Positions 25,038-32,313 of a stretch of DNA of 55,575 bases are shown in pieces (the first letter of the stretch is position 1; each line of letters begins with the position of its first letter). Under the pieces are notes generated by a model that saw nothing but the letters and a program-made list of their open reading frames with translations, searched no databases and was not told the DNA's origin. The position numbers and the translations under genes are program-made. The DNA is from a virus. The stretch lies in the IMG/VR virus record IMGVR_UViG_3300001765_000143; one strand, 5' to 3'.

Positions 25038-25943
25038 TTACTTTTTCAATCTCAGTAATTTTGTTCTTTCTTCTTTAATAAGTTGGATATATTCCTCAAG
25101 AGTCATATCATCAATGCTTTTATTTATTAAATTTTCTCTAAAAGAAACCAAGATTTGATTAAACTCTGCTTCTAACTCATCATAATCAATCTTCAATCGC
25201 GGCTTATCTTCGTTATAAATAAAATAGTTATTGTCATCAGGAATTGTCATTAAAAAAATACTGCTATAAAAATATAACATATCTTCTTTATTTTTTTTTA
25301 AATCACCTATTTTACACCATAAATTTTTTTCTAAACAATTTAGTATTTTTCCCTTTAGTTTCGTTAATTCATCATCAAAAACTTTTTGCATCATATCGTC
25401 TGCAAAATAACAATTTTTAAGTACAGGGCTATTAATTAAAAAACCTTCACATAGACAATAGAGCGATATTGTCTGCCCTTTGTATAAATTAGCTAAACTA
25501 GATCGGTATTCTTTATCAAAATAAGCATCAATATAATAAAACATTTCATTTGTTTCTAAACGAAGATAATATTGCTCACCAATACCTCTATTAATTGATT
25601 CTATTATACCAGTTACAAATAAGAACTGACCTCTATACTTCTCATCAGCTTTTATTTCATTTGCGAAATAATCCGCAAAAAGTTTAGTTGCATTAACATT
25701 TATTGCATTTTCGTTTACAGATGAAGAAAGTATTTTATAAATAAACGTCTCTAGAAGCTCATTTTGTTGATTATTTAATATTATTTTTGTAGATTTACTA
25801 TTAGGCGATAATTCAATTTCAGTTATATTTTTCTTATTAAAACTTGACGAGACAAAGTAAGTATCTAATTTTTTAGATACAAACCATACAAGAATTAAAG
25901 CTATTATAATCGATAATAATAATAGCTTTTTTTTAGTTTGCAT
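25038..25943 (-). CDS. N-terminally anchored protein with OB-fold (tRNA_anti-like) domain, paralogue A
   Basis: TM segment LLLLSIIIALILVWFV; ATKLFADYFANEIKADEKYRGQFLFVTGIIESINRGIGEQYYLRLETNEMFYYIDAYF...GQTISLYCLCEGFLINSPVLKNC. Confidence 0.6.
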   Translation of the reverse strand: MQTKKKLLLLSIIIALILVWFVSKKLDTYFVSSSFNKKNITEIELSPNSKSTKIILNNQQNELLETFIYKILSSSVNENAINVNATKLFADYFANEIKADEKYRGQFLFVTGIIESINRGIGEQYYLRLETNEMFYYIDAYFDKEYRSSLANLYKGQTISLYCLCEGFLINSPVLKNCYFADDMMQKVFDDELTKLKGKILNCLEKNLWCKIGDLKKNKEDMLYFYSSIFLMTIPDDNNYFIYNEDKPRLKIDYDELEAEFNQILVSFRENLINKSIDDMTLEEYIQLIKEERTKLLRLKK

Positions 25944-26082
25944 AATAAGTTACATATTAATTAAGTTTGTTGTTGAAAGCACTTTTTAATTTTGTTGGAT
26001 TTGGTACTAATAAAATGAATATTTTTATTACATGCTAGTACCAGAATATCCGTAGCTATTTTTCTAAATAGCAGATTCATAT

Positions 26083-26379
26083 CTAAATTTGTTTTTTATA
26101 AGATTTTATAATAAAATCTATTTTTTCTTGATTAATTATAAAAACTCCTTTTTGTTGTCGATCTTGTTGAATCACTCCATCTATCATAAATTTATTTAAT
26201 GCTGTATAAATACTTGGTCTCGAAACGCCTGTTTTTTGATTTATTTTTACCACTGGAGTATATACTATATTACCTACAGCAGAATCAACTAATTCGCATA
26301 ACACCTTGCTTTGATTGTCTGTATACATGCCTATAGCAGCAATAGCTTTACTCAACGTTTCTTTATCTATTTTTTTCAT
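26083..26379 (-). CDS. Winged-helix DNA-binding protein (regulator or plasmid maintenance)
   Basis: INQKTGVSRPSIYTALNKFMIDGVIQQDRQQKGVFIIN. Confidence 0.5.
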   Translation of the reverse strand: MKKIDKETLSKAIAAIGMYTDNQSKVLCELVDSAVGNIVYTPVVKINQKTGVSRPSIYTALNKFMIDGVIQQDRQQKGVFIINQEKIDFIIKSYKKQI

Positions 26380-26415
26380 ATTCTAGAATTATTTTTTAAT
26401 TATATAATAAAAGTA

Positions 26416-26444
26416 TTGACACAATGTTTATACTTAGTTAGATT
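26416..26444 (+). promoter_or_regulatory. Orphan promoter-like element TTGACA-17-TAGATT pointing into ~200 bp without an ORF
   Basis: ttgaca at 26416-26421, tagatt at 26439-26444; no ORF longer than 12 codons seen downstream to 26643. Confidence 0.3.
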
Positions 26445-26643
26445 ATAGATAATAATTATATTACATATTTTCAAGACGATTATAATATAATAATTGTCAA
26501 TAGGGAATATTTTATTAGCTGTTTTAAAATGTGAATCGTTTTCAGTGAAAAGTAAGTTTGGTTTTGCTGAATGTGTGTGTGCATAAAGTACTTAGCTTTT
26601 GAGCCATAAATTCAAAAAGCAAGTTCTTGAGCTACTTATAAGA

Positions 26644-26877
26644 TTAAGAGTCTTGTTTGGAGTCGTATATTTCTATTTCTAATCGTGTAAAGAAGTATGC
26701 GAACATCCAATAAGAGAAATAAGGAAATATAATTACTAGTGTTATCAATAAAGCTACTAAAGTGCTAAAATAAGAAAATAAAATCACTAATAATATTGCT
26801 GAAAGAACTGATAAACCTATTGATATTACTAAATATTCACCAAAATGCCCTGTAAAAACAATTTTTCCTTCTTTCAT
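26644..26877 (-). CDS. Small membrane protein
   Basis: 77 aa, 2-3 hydrophobic helices. Confidence 0.45.
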   Translation of the reverse strand: MKEGKIVFTGHFGEYLVISIGLSVLSAILLVILFSYFSTLVALLITLVIIFPYFSYWMFAYFFTRLEIEIYDSKQDS

Positions 26878-27076
26878 AAAATCTCAACTTAATATTAGTT
26901 ATGTATCATTTAGTTAAGGTATAAAATTTTTATATATAAAAAAACTAAAAATTCTAAATAGCACTAATTAAAATTGATTGCTGTTACTTTTATGTTTCCT
27001 TATTTTTGTTACTGGATGTTTAAGTGTTTTTTTACAAGATTTAGAGATAGAAATATATGACTAAAAAATAAGAGCG

Positions 27077-27089
27077 GCATATATATGTT
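27077..27089. repeat. GCATATATATGTT box, copy at the 3' end of the par operon
   Basis: Exact 13-mer shared with 28015-28027 and 28121-28133. Confidence 0.7.
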
Positions 27090-27337
27090 TATATGTTTGT
27101 ATGTTGCTCTAGATGTTTTTCTAACGCCGTGATTATAAGATCTGTCATAGTTGTGTCTTCTTGTAGAGCTAATAATTTTAGTGCTTGCCTTAGATTTTCT
27201 GGTAAATAAATAGTTGTTCTTTTTAAATTTTTTACAATAGGAGTGGGTGTACTTTTACCAGAAACCCAACTATCTATAAAATCTTCTGCATTGTGTTTAG
27301 AAGGTTTTTTTAAAAATTCAATTTTTTTCCCTGTCAT
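27089..27337 (-). CDS. Ribbon-helix-helix partition adaptor (ParG-like centromere-binding protein)
   Basis: 82 aa directly downstream of parA; C-terminal RHH RTTIYLPENLRQALKLLALQEDTTMTDLIITALEKHL. Confidence 0.65.
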   Translation of the reverse strand: MTGKKIEFLKKPSKHNAEDFIDSWVSGKSTPTPIVKNLKRTTIYLPENLRQALKLLALQEDTTMTDLIITALEKHLEQHTNI

Positions 27338-27341
27338 AATT

Positions 27342-27986
27342 TTATCTGTTGTATTTTTCTAAAATTTCTTCTGTTAGATTACTAATTTCTTTTGAAGCTA
27401 AGGCATCTTTAGCAAAGTCCTCAATAACTGTTGAACCTATTGCAGCGGTTTCTACATAAGAAACTCTTTGGCAAATATGACTTTCTAAAACATCCATACC
27501 GTAATGCTCTAAGGCCTGCGCTACATCTCTACCTACCGCCGTATTAACTATCTTTCTATTAATTAAAAAAGCGCACTTTATATCTTTTATTCCTTCTAAA
27601 GGTTCCGAAACTTCTTTTATTAAGCTTACAACTTCGCTAGCTGCCCATATGTCGTAAGGAGATGGTTGCACAGGCATTATAACAAGATCGCTGGAAACAA
27701 TTGCTGATTTAGCTACATCATAAATACGAGGTGGTCCATCTATAATTATATGATCATAATCCTTGCTTAATTTCTTAATTTCCTTATGAATTATTGGTTT
27801 TGTAATGCTAACTACAGTAAATATTCCCTCCTTTCTTCTAATTGAAGCCCAATCAAGAGAGCTATTTTGTGGATCCGCATCTATTAAAAGTACTTTATGC
27901 TTCTTTAAAGCTAAAGCAGTAGCTACATTAATTGATAGTGTAGTTTTGCCTACACCGCCTTTTTGATTTAAAAATGATATAATCAT
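27342..27986 (-). CDS. parA: ParA/ParF-type partition ATPase (type Ib)
   Basis: Deviant Walker A NQKGGVGKTT, LLIDADPQ, IIIDGPP; 214 aa. Confidence 0.9.
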   Translation of the reverse strand: MIISFLNQKGGVGKTTLSINVATALALKKHKVLLIDADPQNSSLDWASIRRKEGIFTVVSITKPIIHKEIKKLSKDYDHIIIDGPPRIYDVAKSAIVSSDLVIMPVQPSPYDIWAASEVVSLIKEVSEPLEGIKDIKCAFLINRKIVNTAVGRDVAQALEHYGMDVLESHICQRVSYVETAAIGSTVIEDFAKDALASKEISNLTEEILEKYNR

Positions 27987-28005
27987 ATTATTAAATATTT
28001 AATTT

Positions 28006-28027
28006 AACATATAAGCATATATATGTT
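28006..28027. repeat. Box copy with a partial inverted partner (aacatata-a-gcatatatatgtt)
   Basis: Read directly, 20 nt upstream of the parA start. Confidence 0.6.
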
Positions 28028-28120
28028 ATATATAATAGTGTAGCATATATTTATAAAAAAAGCTAGTGATAGCCTTGATCCAAGAGGATTTTTATATATA
28101 CAATGAGCTTAGATGGTTAT

Positions 28121-28148
28121 GCATATATATGTTTTAACATATATATGC
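28121..28148. repeat. Perfect palindrome gcatatatatgtt-tt-aacatatatatgc (candidate centromere/operator)
   Basis: 13-bp arms with a 2-nt centre, in the divergent region between parA and the plus-strand operon. Confidence 0.75.
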
Positions 28149-28234
28149 AAGACGCGTGACTATAACTGTATTAGTACATTTCTAATATTTTACCTGCTTA
28201 TAAAAATTATTTGCACATCGTTTATCATTATAAG

Positions 28235-28263
28235 TTGACTTTTACGTTAGACTTGTTCATTAT
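28235..28263 (+). promoter_or_regulatory. Possible rightward promoter TTGACT-17-CATTAT
   Basis: ttgact at 28235-28240, cattat at 28258-28263. Confidence 0.3.
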
Positions 28264-28308
28264 ACTATTTAGACTAATTATTAACTAAATATATTCGTGT
28301 ATTGACTT

Positions 28309-28488
28309 ATGAGTATTAAGCTTAAACCAAAAAGACTTTCATTAGATTTGCCAGGTGACCTATTGGAACAAATAGAAGAAATTTGCAAAGATAATTTTAT
28401 ATCTAAACGAAAATGGTTTATTGATGCCGCAAAAGAAAAACTAGAAAAGGAAACTAATAACAAAATAGATAAGATAGTAAGAGGCTAA
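28309..28488 (+). CDS. 59-aa ribbon-helix-helix (CopG/Arc-like) protein, below the track cutoff
   Basis: Hand translation MSIKLKPKRLSLDLPGDLLEQIEEICKDNFISKRKWFIDAAKEKLEKETNNKIDKIVRG; it replaces the antisense track ORF 28281-28463. Confidence 0.55.
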   Translation: MSIKLKPKRLSLDLPGDLLEQIEEICKDNFISKRKWFIDAAKEKLEKETNNKIDKIVRG

Positions 28489-28544
28489 ATAACTACGCAG
28501 AGCTAAATGTTAACTTTGAGAGAAAATAATTAATTGGAGTCGTG

Positions 28545-29453
28545 ATGAAATTTTTGGTCAATATAGTTTTACCAGCTACTGTGGTTTGTATTATTATAGT
28601 CATTACTATAAATGTGTTAAGGGATAAAAACCAGCTACAAATTTATGTAGCACCAACGATTGGTAACGAGGAAATAGTCGATAATAAGCAGAATAATTCA
28701 AGATTACGTTTTACAGATAAACAAAGCAAATTCATGCACTTACTTCTTAATGAAGATATCAATAAATACATAAACTACAAAGATGCAGGTACTTTGTATC
28801 GAGACATTATTAAAGATCGGAATATAGTTAAAGTTAAAGCAAGTAAGCTTTTTAATGATTATCATTCAAATGAAATTAAAGCAGATAATTTATATAGAGA
28901 TAAAGAAATAATACTTACTGGTACTATTTCTTCTATTGATCGCAGTATAGGTAATAATTATTATCTTTCCTTGTCAACAAATGAAATGTTTTATACTGTA
29001 CAAGCCCATTTTGGAGAAGAATATAAATCTATATTAGCTGAATTAACAAAGGGTCAAAAATATACAATGCATTGTATGGGGAATGGAATGTTAATACAAT
29101 CACCCATATTAAAAAATTGTAAACCCATCCAAGTATGGATTGATTCAGAAGTAGAAAGTTTATTTTTTACATTAAGCAGAGCTATTGATAGTAATAAAAG
29201 TATTAAAGAAATGCTAGAAGATAAAAAAGGTATGCAAGCATTTATACTAATAGGCGGTTTTATTCTAGCTTTAAATGAGGATAGCCCTTTGTTGGATAGC
29301 AGCGATATTGACAAAAAAGAAAAGTTATTTGAGACAGAAGTCAAAGAATTTTCTAATTTCATACAAAAAATAACACCTCAAATAAAAGAACAAAACCTAG
29401 GTGTTAAAGATGTTATTCACCTTTATAAAGAACATAAAAAAATAAATAAGTAA
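28545..29453 (+). CDS. N-terminally anchored protein with OB-fold (tRNA_anti-like) domain, paralogue B
   Basis: ASKLFNDYHSNEIKADNLYRDKEIILTGTISSIDRSIGNNYYLSLSTNEMFYTVQAHF...GQKYTMHCMGNGMLIQSPILKNC; ATG at 28545 (the track GTG is at 28542). Confidence 0.6.
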   Translation: MKFLVNIVLPATVVCIIIVITINVLRDKNQLQIYVAPTIGNEEIVDNKQNNSRLRFTDKQSKFMHLLLNEDINKYINYKDAGTLYRDIIKDRNIVKVKASKLFNDYHSNEIKADNLYRDKEIILTGTISSIDRSIGNNYYLSLSTNEMFYTVQAHFGEEYKSILAELTKGQKYTMHCMGNGMLIQSPILKNCKPIQVWIDSEVESLFFTLSRAIDSNKSIKEMLEDKKGMQAFILIGGFILALNEDSPLLDSSDIDKKEKLFETEVKEFSNFIQKITPQIKEQNLGVKDVIHLYKEHKKINK

Positions 29454-29457
29454 AAAT

Positions 29458-29856
29458 ATGGCACTTTTAAACGAACACTCAACTGTAAAAAAGTTTATAA
29501 AATTTGGCTTTACCGAAGACCAAGCAGAATCTATTGCTGAAGCAATAAATGAGCAAAATAAAGAGTTAGCTACTAAGAGTGATGTTGCTTTACTTAAATC
29601 TGAGCTTCAGTTAGTTGAACTTAAACTCGAATCTAAAATTGATGGTGTAGAAAGTAGGCTTGAGTCGAGCATAACTAAGCTTGAGTCTAAAATTGATGGT
29701 GTAGAAAGTAGGCTTGAGTCTAAAATAGATAAGCTAGAATCTAAACTTGATTCTGGATTCAATAGCATTAATACTAATTTGAAGTGGATCAGCTTTCTTG
29801 TTATAGCTGTTCTTACTCCTATTTTAGGTTTATTAATAAAAGACTTGTTCTTTTAA
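29458..29856 (+). CDS. Coiled-coil, C-terminally anchored protein (DUF1640-like)
   Basis: FGFTEDQAESIAEAINEQNKELATKSDVALLKSEL..., LESKIDGVESRLES repeats, C-terminal TM segment WISFLVIAVLTPILGLLI. Confidence 0.6.
   Translation: MALLNEHSTVKKFIKFGFTEDQAESIAEAINEQNKELATKSDVALLKSELQLVELKLESKIDGVESRLESSITKLESKIDGVESRLESKIDKLESKLDSGFNSINTNLKWISFLVIAVLTPILGLLIKDLFF
29626..29756 (+). repeat. 54-bp tandem repeat (2.4 copies) inside the coiled-coil gene
   Basis: Units at 29626-29679 and 29680-29733, partial unit at 29734-29756 (ct.ga.tctaaaattgatggtgtagaaagtaggcttgagtc...). Confidence 0.85.
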
Positions 29857-29895
29857 TCGTGAAGTGACTAACTTGTAATGGTGCGATTAGTTAGG

Positions 29896-29925
29896 AATAA
29901 AAAAGCCACCGAATTAACAGTGGCT
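29896..29925 (-). terminator. Intrinsic terminator-like hairpin, best on the minus strand (agccac-10nt-gtggct followed by TTTTTTATT on the minus strand)
   Basis: Stem 29904-29909 / 29920-29925. An A6 run at 29899-29904 becomes the U-tract on the minus strand; the plus-strand T-run is 10 nt away. Confidence 0.4.
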
Positions 29926-30244
29926 CTCTTATAAATTTTTTAACTATTTAGAAAATGAATGCTTTGACTGGCCGATTTTTCTAAATACAGACTTGTAGAC
30001 AATTAAGATAATGTTCAAAGATAAAGATAAAGATAAATCCTCACCACCACCTTTTTTCTTATCAAAAGTTAACAACAAAGCGTTAAGAGAGATAAGTACA
30101 CACTTAATGTTACCTTCATTATATAACCATCTATACCCAATTGTCAACGAAAAAGGGGTGTCTTTTTTTGCTCATTTTAAGACATCTGTTTTATTAGTTC
30201 AAAACAAGTTACAATATATCCTTTCTTTTCAATTGGTAATAATA

Positions 30245-31147
30245 ATGAATTTAATAATTAAAGATCCTTCTAATAAATTACTAGCAGATATCCTATATAC
30301 TTATCTTCAAGATAAATACCCGATACTTAGCAAAAAAGCGCAACAAGCATTACTAAAATTACTCTATTTCTACAACTGCTCAGAAATAATACACACATCT
30401 AACCAAGAGCTTCAGATATTATTTTCTTGCAACAAAAGAAATGCACAGAAAATTACTGAGGAATTAGCTAAATATGGCATAATAATAAAGATTCAAAATG
30501 AGTCTGAAAATTATTTACGCATATCTATAAATCTTCTAAACATATCTAATATCAAATTCAAACAAACCGAATTCCTAGCCACCTACATCAAAACAGAGAC
30601 GTGGTACATAAAAGGTACAGCATTCAAGGTGGCGTTGTTTAAAGACATACACGACTTAGAAAATATCATAACACTCAAGACTGACAGGATTAGTTACGAT
30701 GACGAGACCTCATACTTCTTAAAGGAGCTAAATGCTGGAGATATTATTAGTTATACTCCTTCCGTTACCAGACCAACAATTAAAGGCATAAAACATCCCT
30801 TGAATCTAAAAATCTACTCTAAAGCAGAAACCGAAGAGAATATGACGTTTTTTGCGAAGTTTGATGTAATTGAAGTACAAACTTACGAACGTTTTGAACC
30901 AACTAACAGGGTCAGATTTAGTGACGTTCGCAATATCAATCAAACTATTTATATCGACCACGCTTGGCAAGATTTAAAGCCAGAATGCTTGAACTCAAAA
31001 GCCCTAGAGTCTCTTAAACCAGAGGAAGGAGATTATCTTTGTTTTAAAGCTAGAGTCAAAAAAACCGAGAGAGGTTATTGCTTAAGCAAAATTCATAGCA
31101 TCCTGGCAATAGAAGCATTTTACAATAATCAATATGGAGAAATCTAA
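30245..31147 (+). CDS. Winged-helix N-terminal protein with C-terminal duplicated beta-rich domain (early or replication-associated)
   Basis: MNLIIKDPSNK...SNQELQILFSCNKRNAQKITEELAKYGIIIKI. The frame is open back to ATG 30011, but that extension (KDKDKDKSSPPPFF) looks non-coding. Confidence 0.5.
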   Translation: MNLIIKDPSNKLLADILYTYLQDKYPILSKKAQQALLKLLYFYNCSEIIHTSNQELQILFSCNKRNAQKITEELAKYGIIIKIQNESENYLRISINLLNISNIKFKQTEFLATYIKTETWYIKGTAFKVALFKDIHDLENIITLKTDRISYDDETSYFLKELNAGDIISYTPSVTRPTIKGIKHPLNLKIYSKAETEENMTFFAKFDVIEVQTYERFEPTNRVRFSDVRNINQTIYIDHAWQDLKPECLNSKALESLKPEEGDYLCFKARVKKTERGYCLSKIHSILAIEAFYNNQYGEI

Positions 31148-31464
31148 TGACTGACTTAGCAAAAATGGCAAAACGTATTTTGAAAGAAAACGATTTTAGA
31201 GATGTGGTTATTTTAGGTACATCTAAAGATGGGAGTATGCACGCTAGCTCAAACGCAGGAGAAACTGGCTATACCATTCAATCATTGGTGATGGGGTTGT
31301 ATGGAGCTGTGAGTAATATAAAAATAAATCCTCGTATCGCATTATCTCTTCTCGAAAAAAATACAGGCAGGAACGTCGCTCTTGAGGATACGGTCTGGGA
31401 AAAGGTCAAGGATTTAGTCGACTATATGGATTTTCTAAAGCAAGAAGGTAAGACCAATGACTGA
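31147..31464 (+). CDS. Hypothetical protein
   Basis: 105-aa ORF; the N-terminus MTDLAKMAKRILKEN is paralogous to the next small ORF. Confidence 0.5.
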   Translation: MTDLAKMAKRILKENDFRDVVILGTSKDGSMHASSNAGETGYTIQSLVMGLYGAVSNIKINPRIALSLLEKNTGRNVALEDTVWEKVKDLVDYMDFLKQEGKTND

Positions 31465-31588
31465 CTTACAGAAGATAGCCAAAAGGATACTGAGAATGAT
31501 TGAAGCTGGAGAAACTAACCAAGATATTTTCGTAAGGGACTCTAGGACTTTGGCTGAATTAGTAATGAATATAGATGAAGAGGTTTAA
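31457..31588 (+). CDS. 43-aa ORF (below the track cutoff), N-terminal paralogue of 31147-31464
   Basis: MTDLQKIAKRILRMIEAGETNQDIFVRDSRTLAELVMNIDEEV; overlaps the upstream stop and abuts the next ATG at 31589. Confidence 0.35.
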   Translation: MTDLQKIAKRILRMIEAGETNQDIFVRDSRTLAELVMNIDEEV

Positions 31589-31819
31589 ATGACTAACAAA
31601 ACACTGATCGAATTAGAAAAAGACCTAATGGAACAGGTGATGACACTAGCTAGATTTATTAGGTCAATGGTCGATGACAATCAGGGAGATACTTGTTTGT
31701 TTCGAATATCAGCTGAATGCTTAGTACACAAGCTAATACGTATAGATGAAGCGAATGGGAATGCTAATTTGCGTCATTTAAACATTAATATTGTTGATAT
31801 AGGTGAAGATATAGAGTGA
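31589..31819 (+). CDS. Hypothetical protein
   Basis: 76-aa ORF, tightly packed in the operon. Confidence 0.45.
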   Translation: MTNKTLIELEKDLMEQVMTLARFIRSMVDDNQGDTCLFRISAECLVHKLIRIDEANGNANLRHLNINIVDIGEDIE

Positions 31820-31861
31820 TGAATTTAAAAAAAATTAACACAAAAAAAAGAGGTTTAAATA

Positions 31862-31993
31862 ATGACAACAGATAAGGAGCTAGTGATCTTAGTTATAGCC
31901 TCGAAGATGAAGAGATTAGTAGACAAAAGAAAAAGTATTCCAAACGAGGATTTAGAAATGTTACTTGATTTAATTTTAGGAGGTGAAGCATGA
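31862..31993 (+). CDS. 43-aa ORF (below the track cutoff)
   Basis: MTTDKELVILVIASKMKRLVDKRKSIPNEDLEMLLDLILGGEA; SD gaggt upstream; ATGA overlap with 31990. Confidence 0.3.
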   Translation: MTTDKELVILVIASKMKRLVDKRKSIPNEDLEMLLDLILGGEA

Positions 31994-32313
31994 GTTTTAA
32001 TAAAAAAGAAATACAAAAGGCATTTAAGAGAGCTAAGAATTATTTTGAACAAGAACAAATGGGCTTTTTACTCTGCGCAAATACTACAAAAGAAGAAGAG
32101 CCTGCGTTTGCATACTTTACTAACCAAGAAGCTAAGGCCACAATCCTACTTTTGACTGCTAGTTTATGCAAGCTGACAGAAAACTCTTTTTGTCAGAAAG
32201 ATAGCGATGTTTTCATTGCCTCATTAACCAAGTCAATAAATAAGTTGCTATCAGCTCCTACAAAAGAACAACTGCAACAACTGGTCAAAAATCAATTAGG
32301 AGGTAGAGCATGA
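31990..32313 (+). CDS. Hypothetical protein
   Basis: 107-aa ORF, ATGA overlap with the next gene. Confidence 0.5.
   Translation: MSFNKKEIQKAFKRAKNYFEQEQMGFLLCANTTKEEEPAFAYFTNQEAKATILLLTASLCKLTENSFCQKDSDVFIASLTKSINKLLSAPTKEQLQQLVKNQLGGRA

Noticed and set aside
26572-26581. (TG)5 microsatellite and nearby AT-rich repeats as a possible CRISPR-like or array structure
   Set aside because: It is too short, with no repeat-spacer periodicity. No CRISPR array is present anywhere in the window.
28281-28463. 60-aa minus-strand track ORF between parA and the OB-fold gene
   Set aside because: The opposite strand encodes a convincing RHH protein (28309-28488); the minus-strand product is Ser/Phe-rich with no features.
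29054-29362. 102-aa antisense ORF inside OB-fold paralogue B
   Set aside because: Shadow ORF of a gene supported by paralogy with 25038-25943.
29944-30147. 67-aa minus-strand ORF upstream of the minus-strand terminator
   Set aside because: The composition (…LSLSLSLNIILIVYKSVF…) looks non-protein-like. It is retained only as a hint of a possible antisense transcript.
30011-30244. 78-codon N-terminal extension of the 30245-31147 gene (track start at 30011)
   Set aside because: The extension is repetitive (KDKDKDK, PPPFF), and the wHTH domain begins cleanly at MNLIIKD (30245). It is not fully excluded, because the stop-free stretch is unusual for this AT content.
31855-32058. 67-aa minus-strand ORF in the replication operon
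   Set aside because: It is antisense to two tightly coupled plus-strand ORFs (31862-31993 and 31990-32313).
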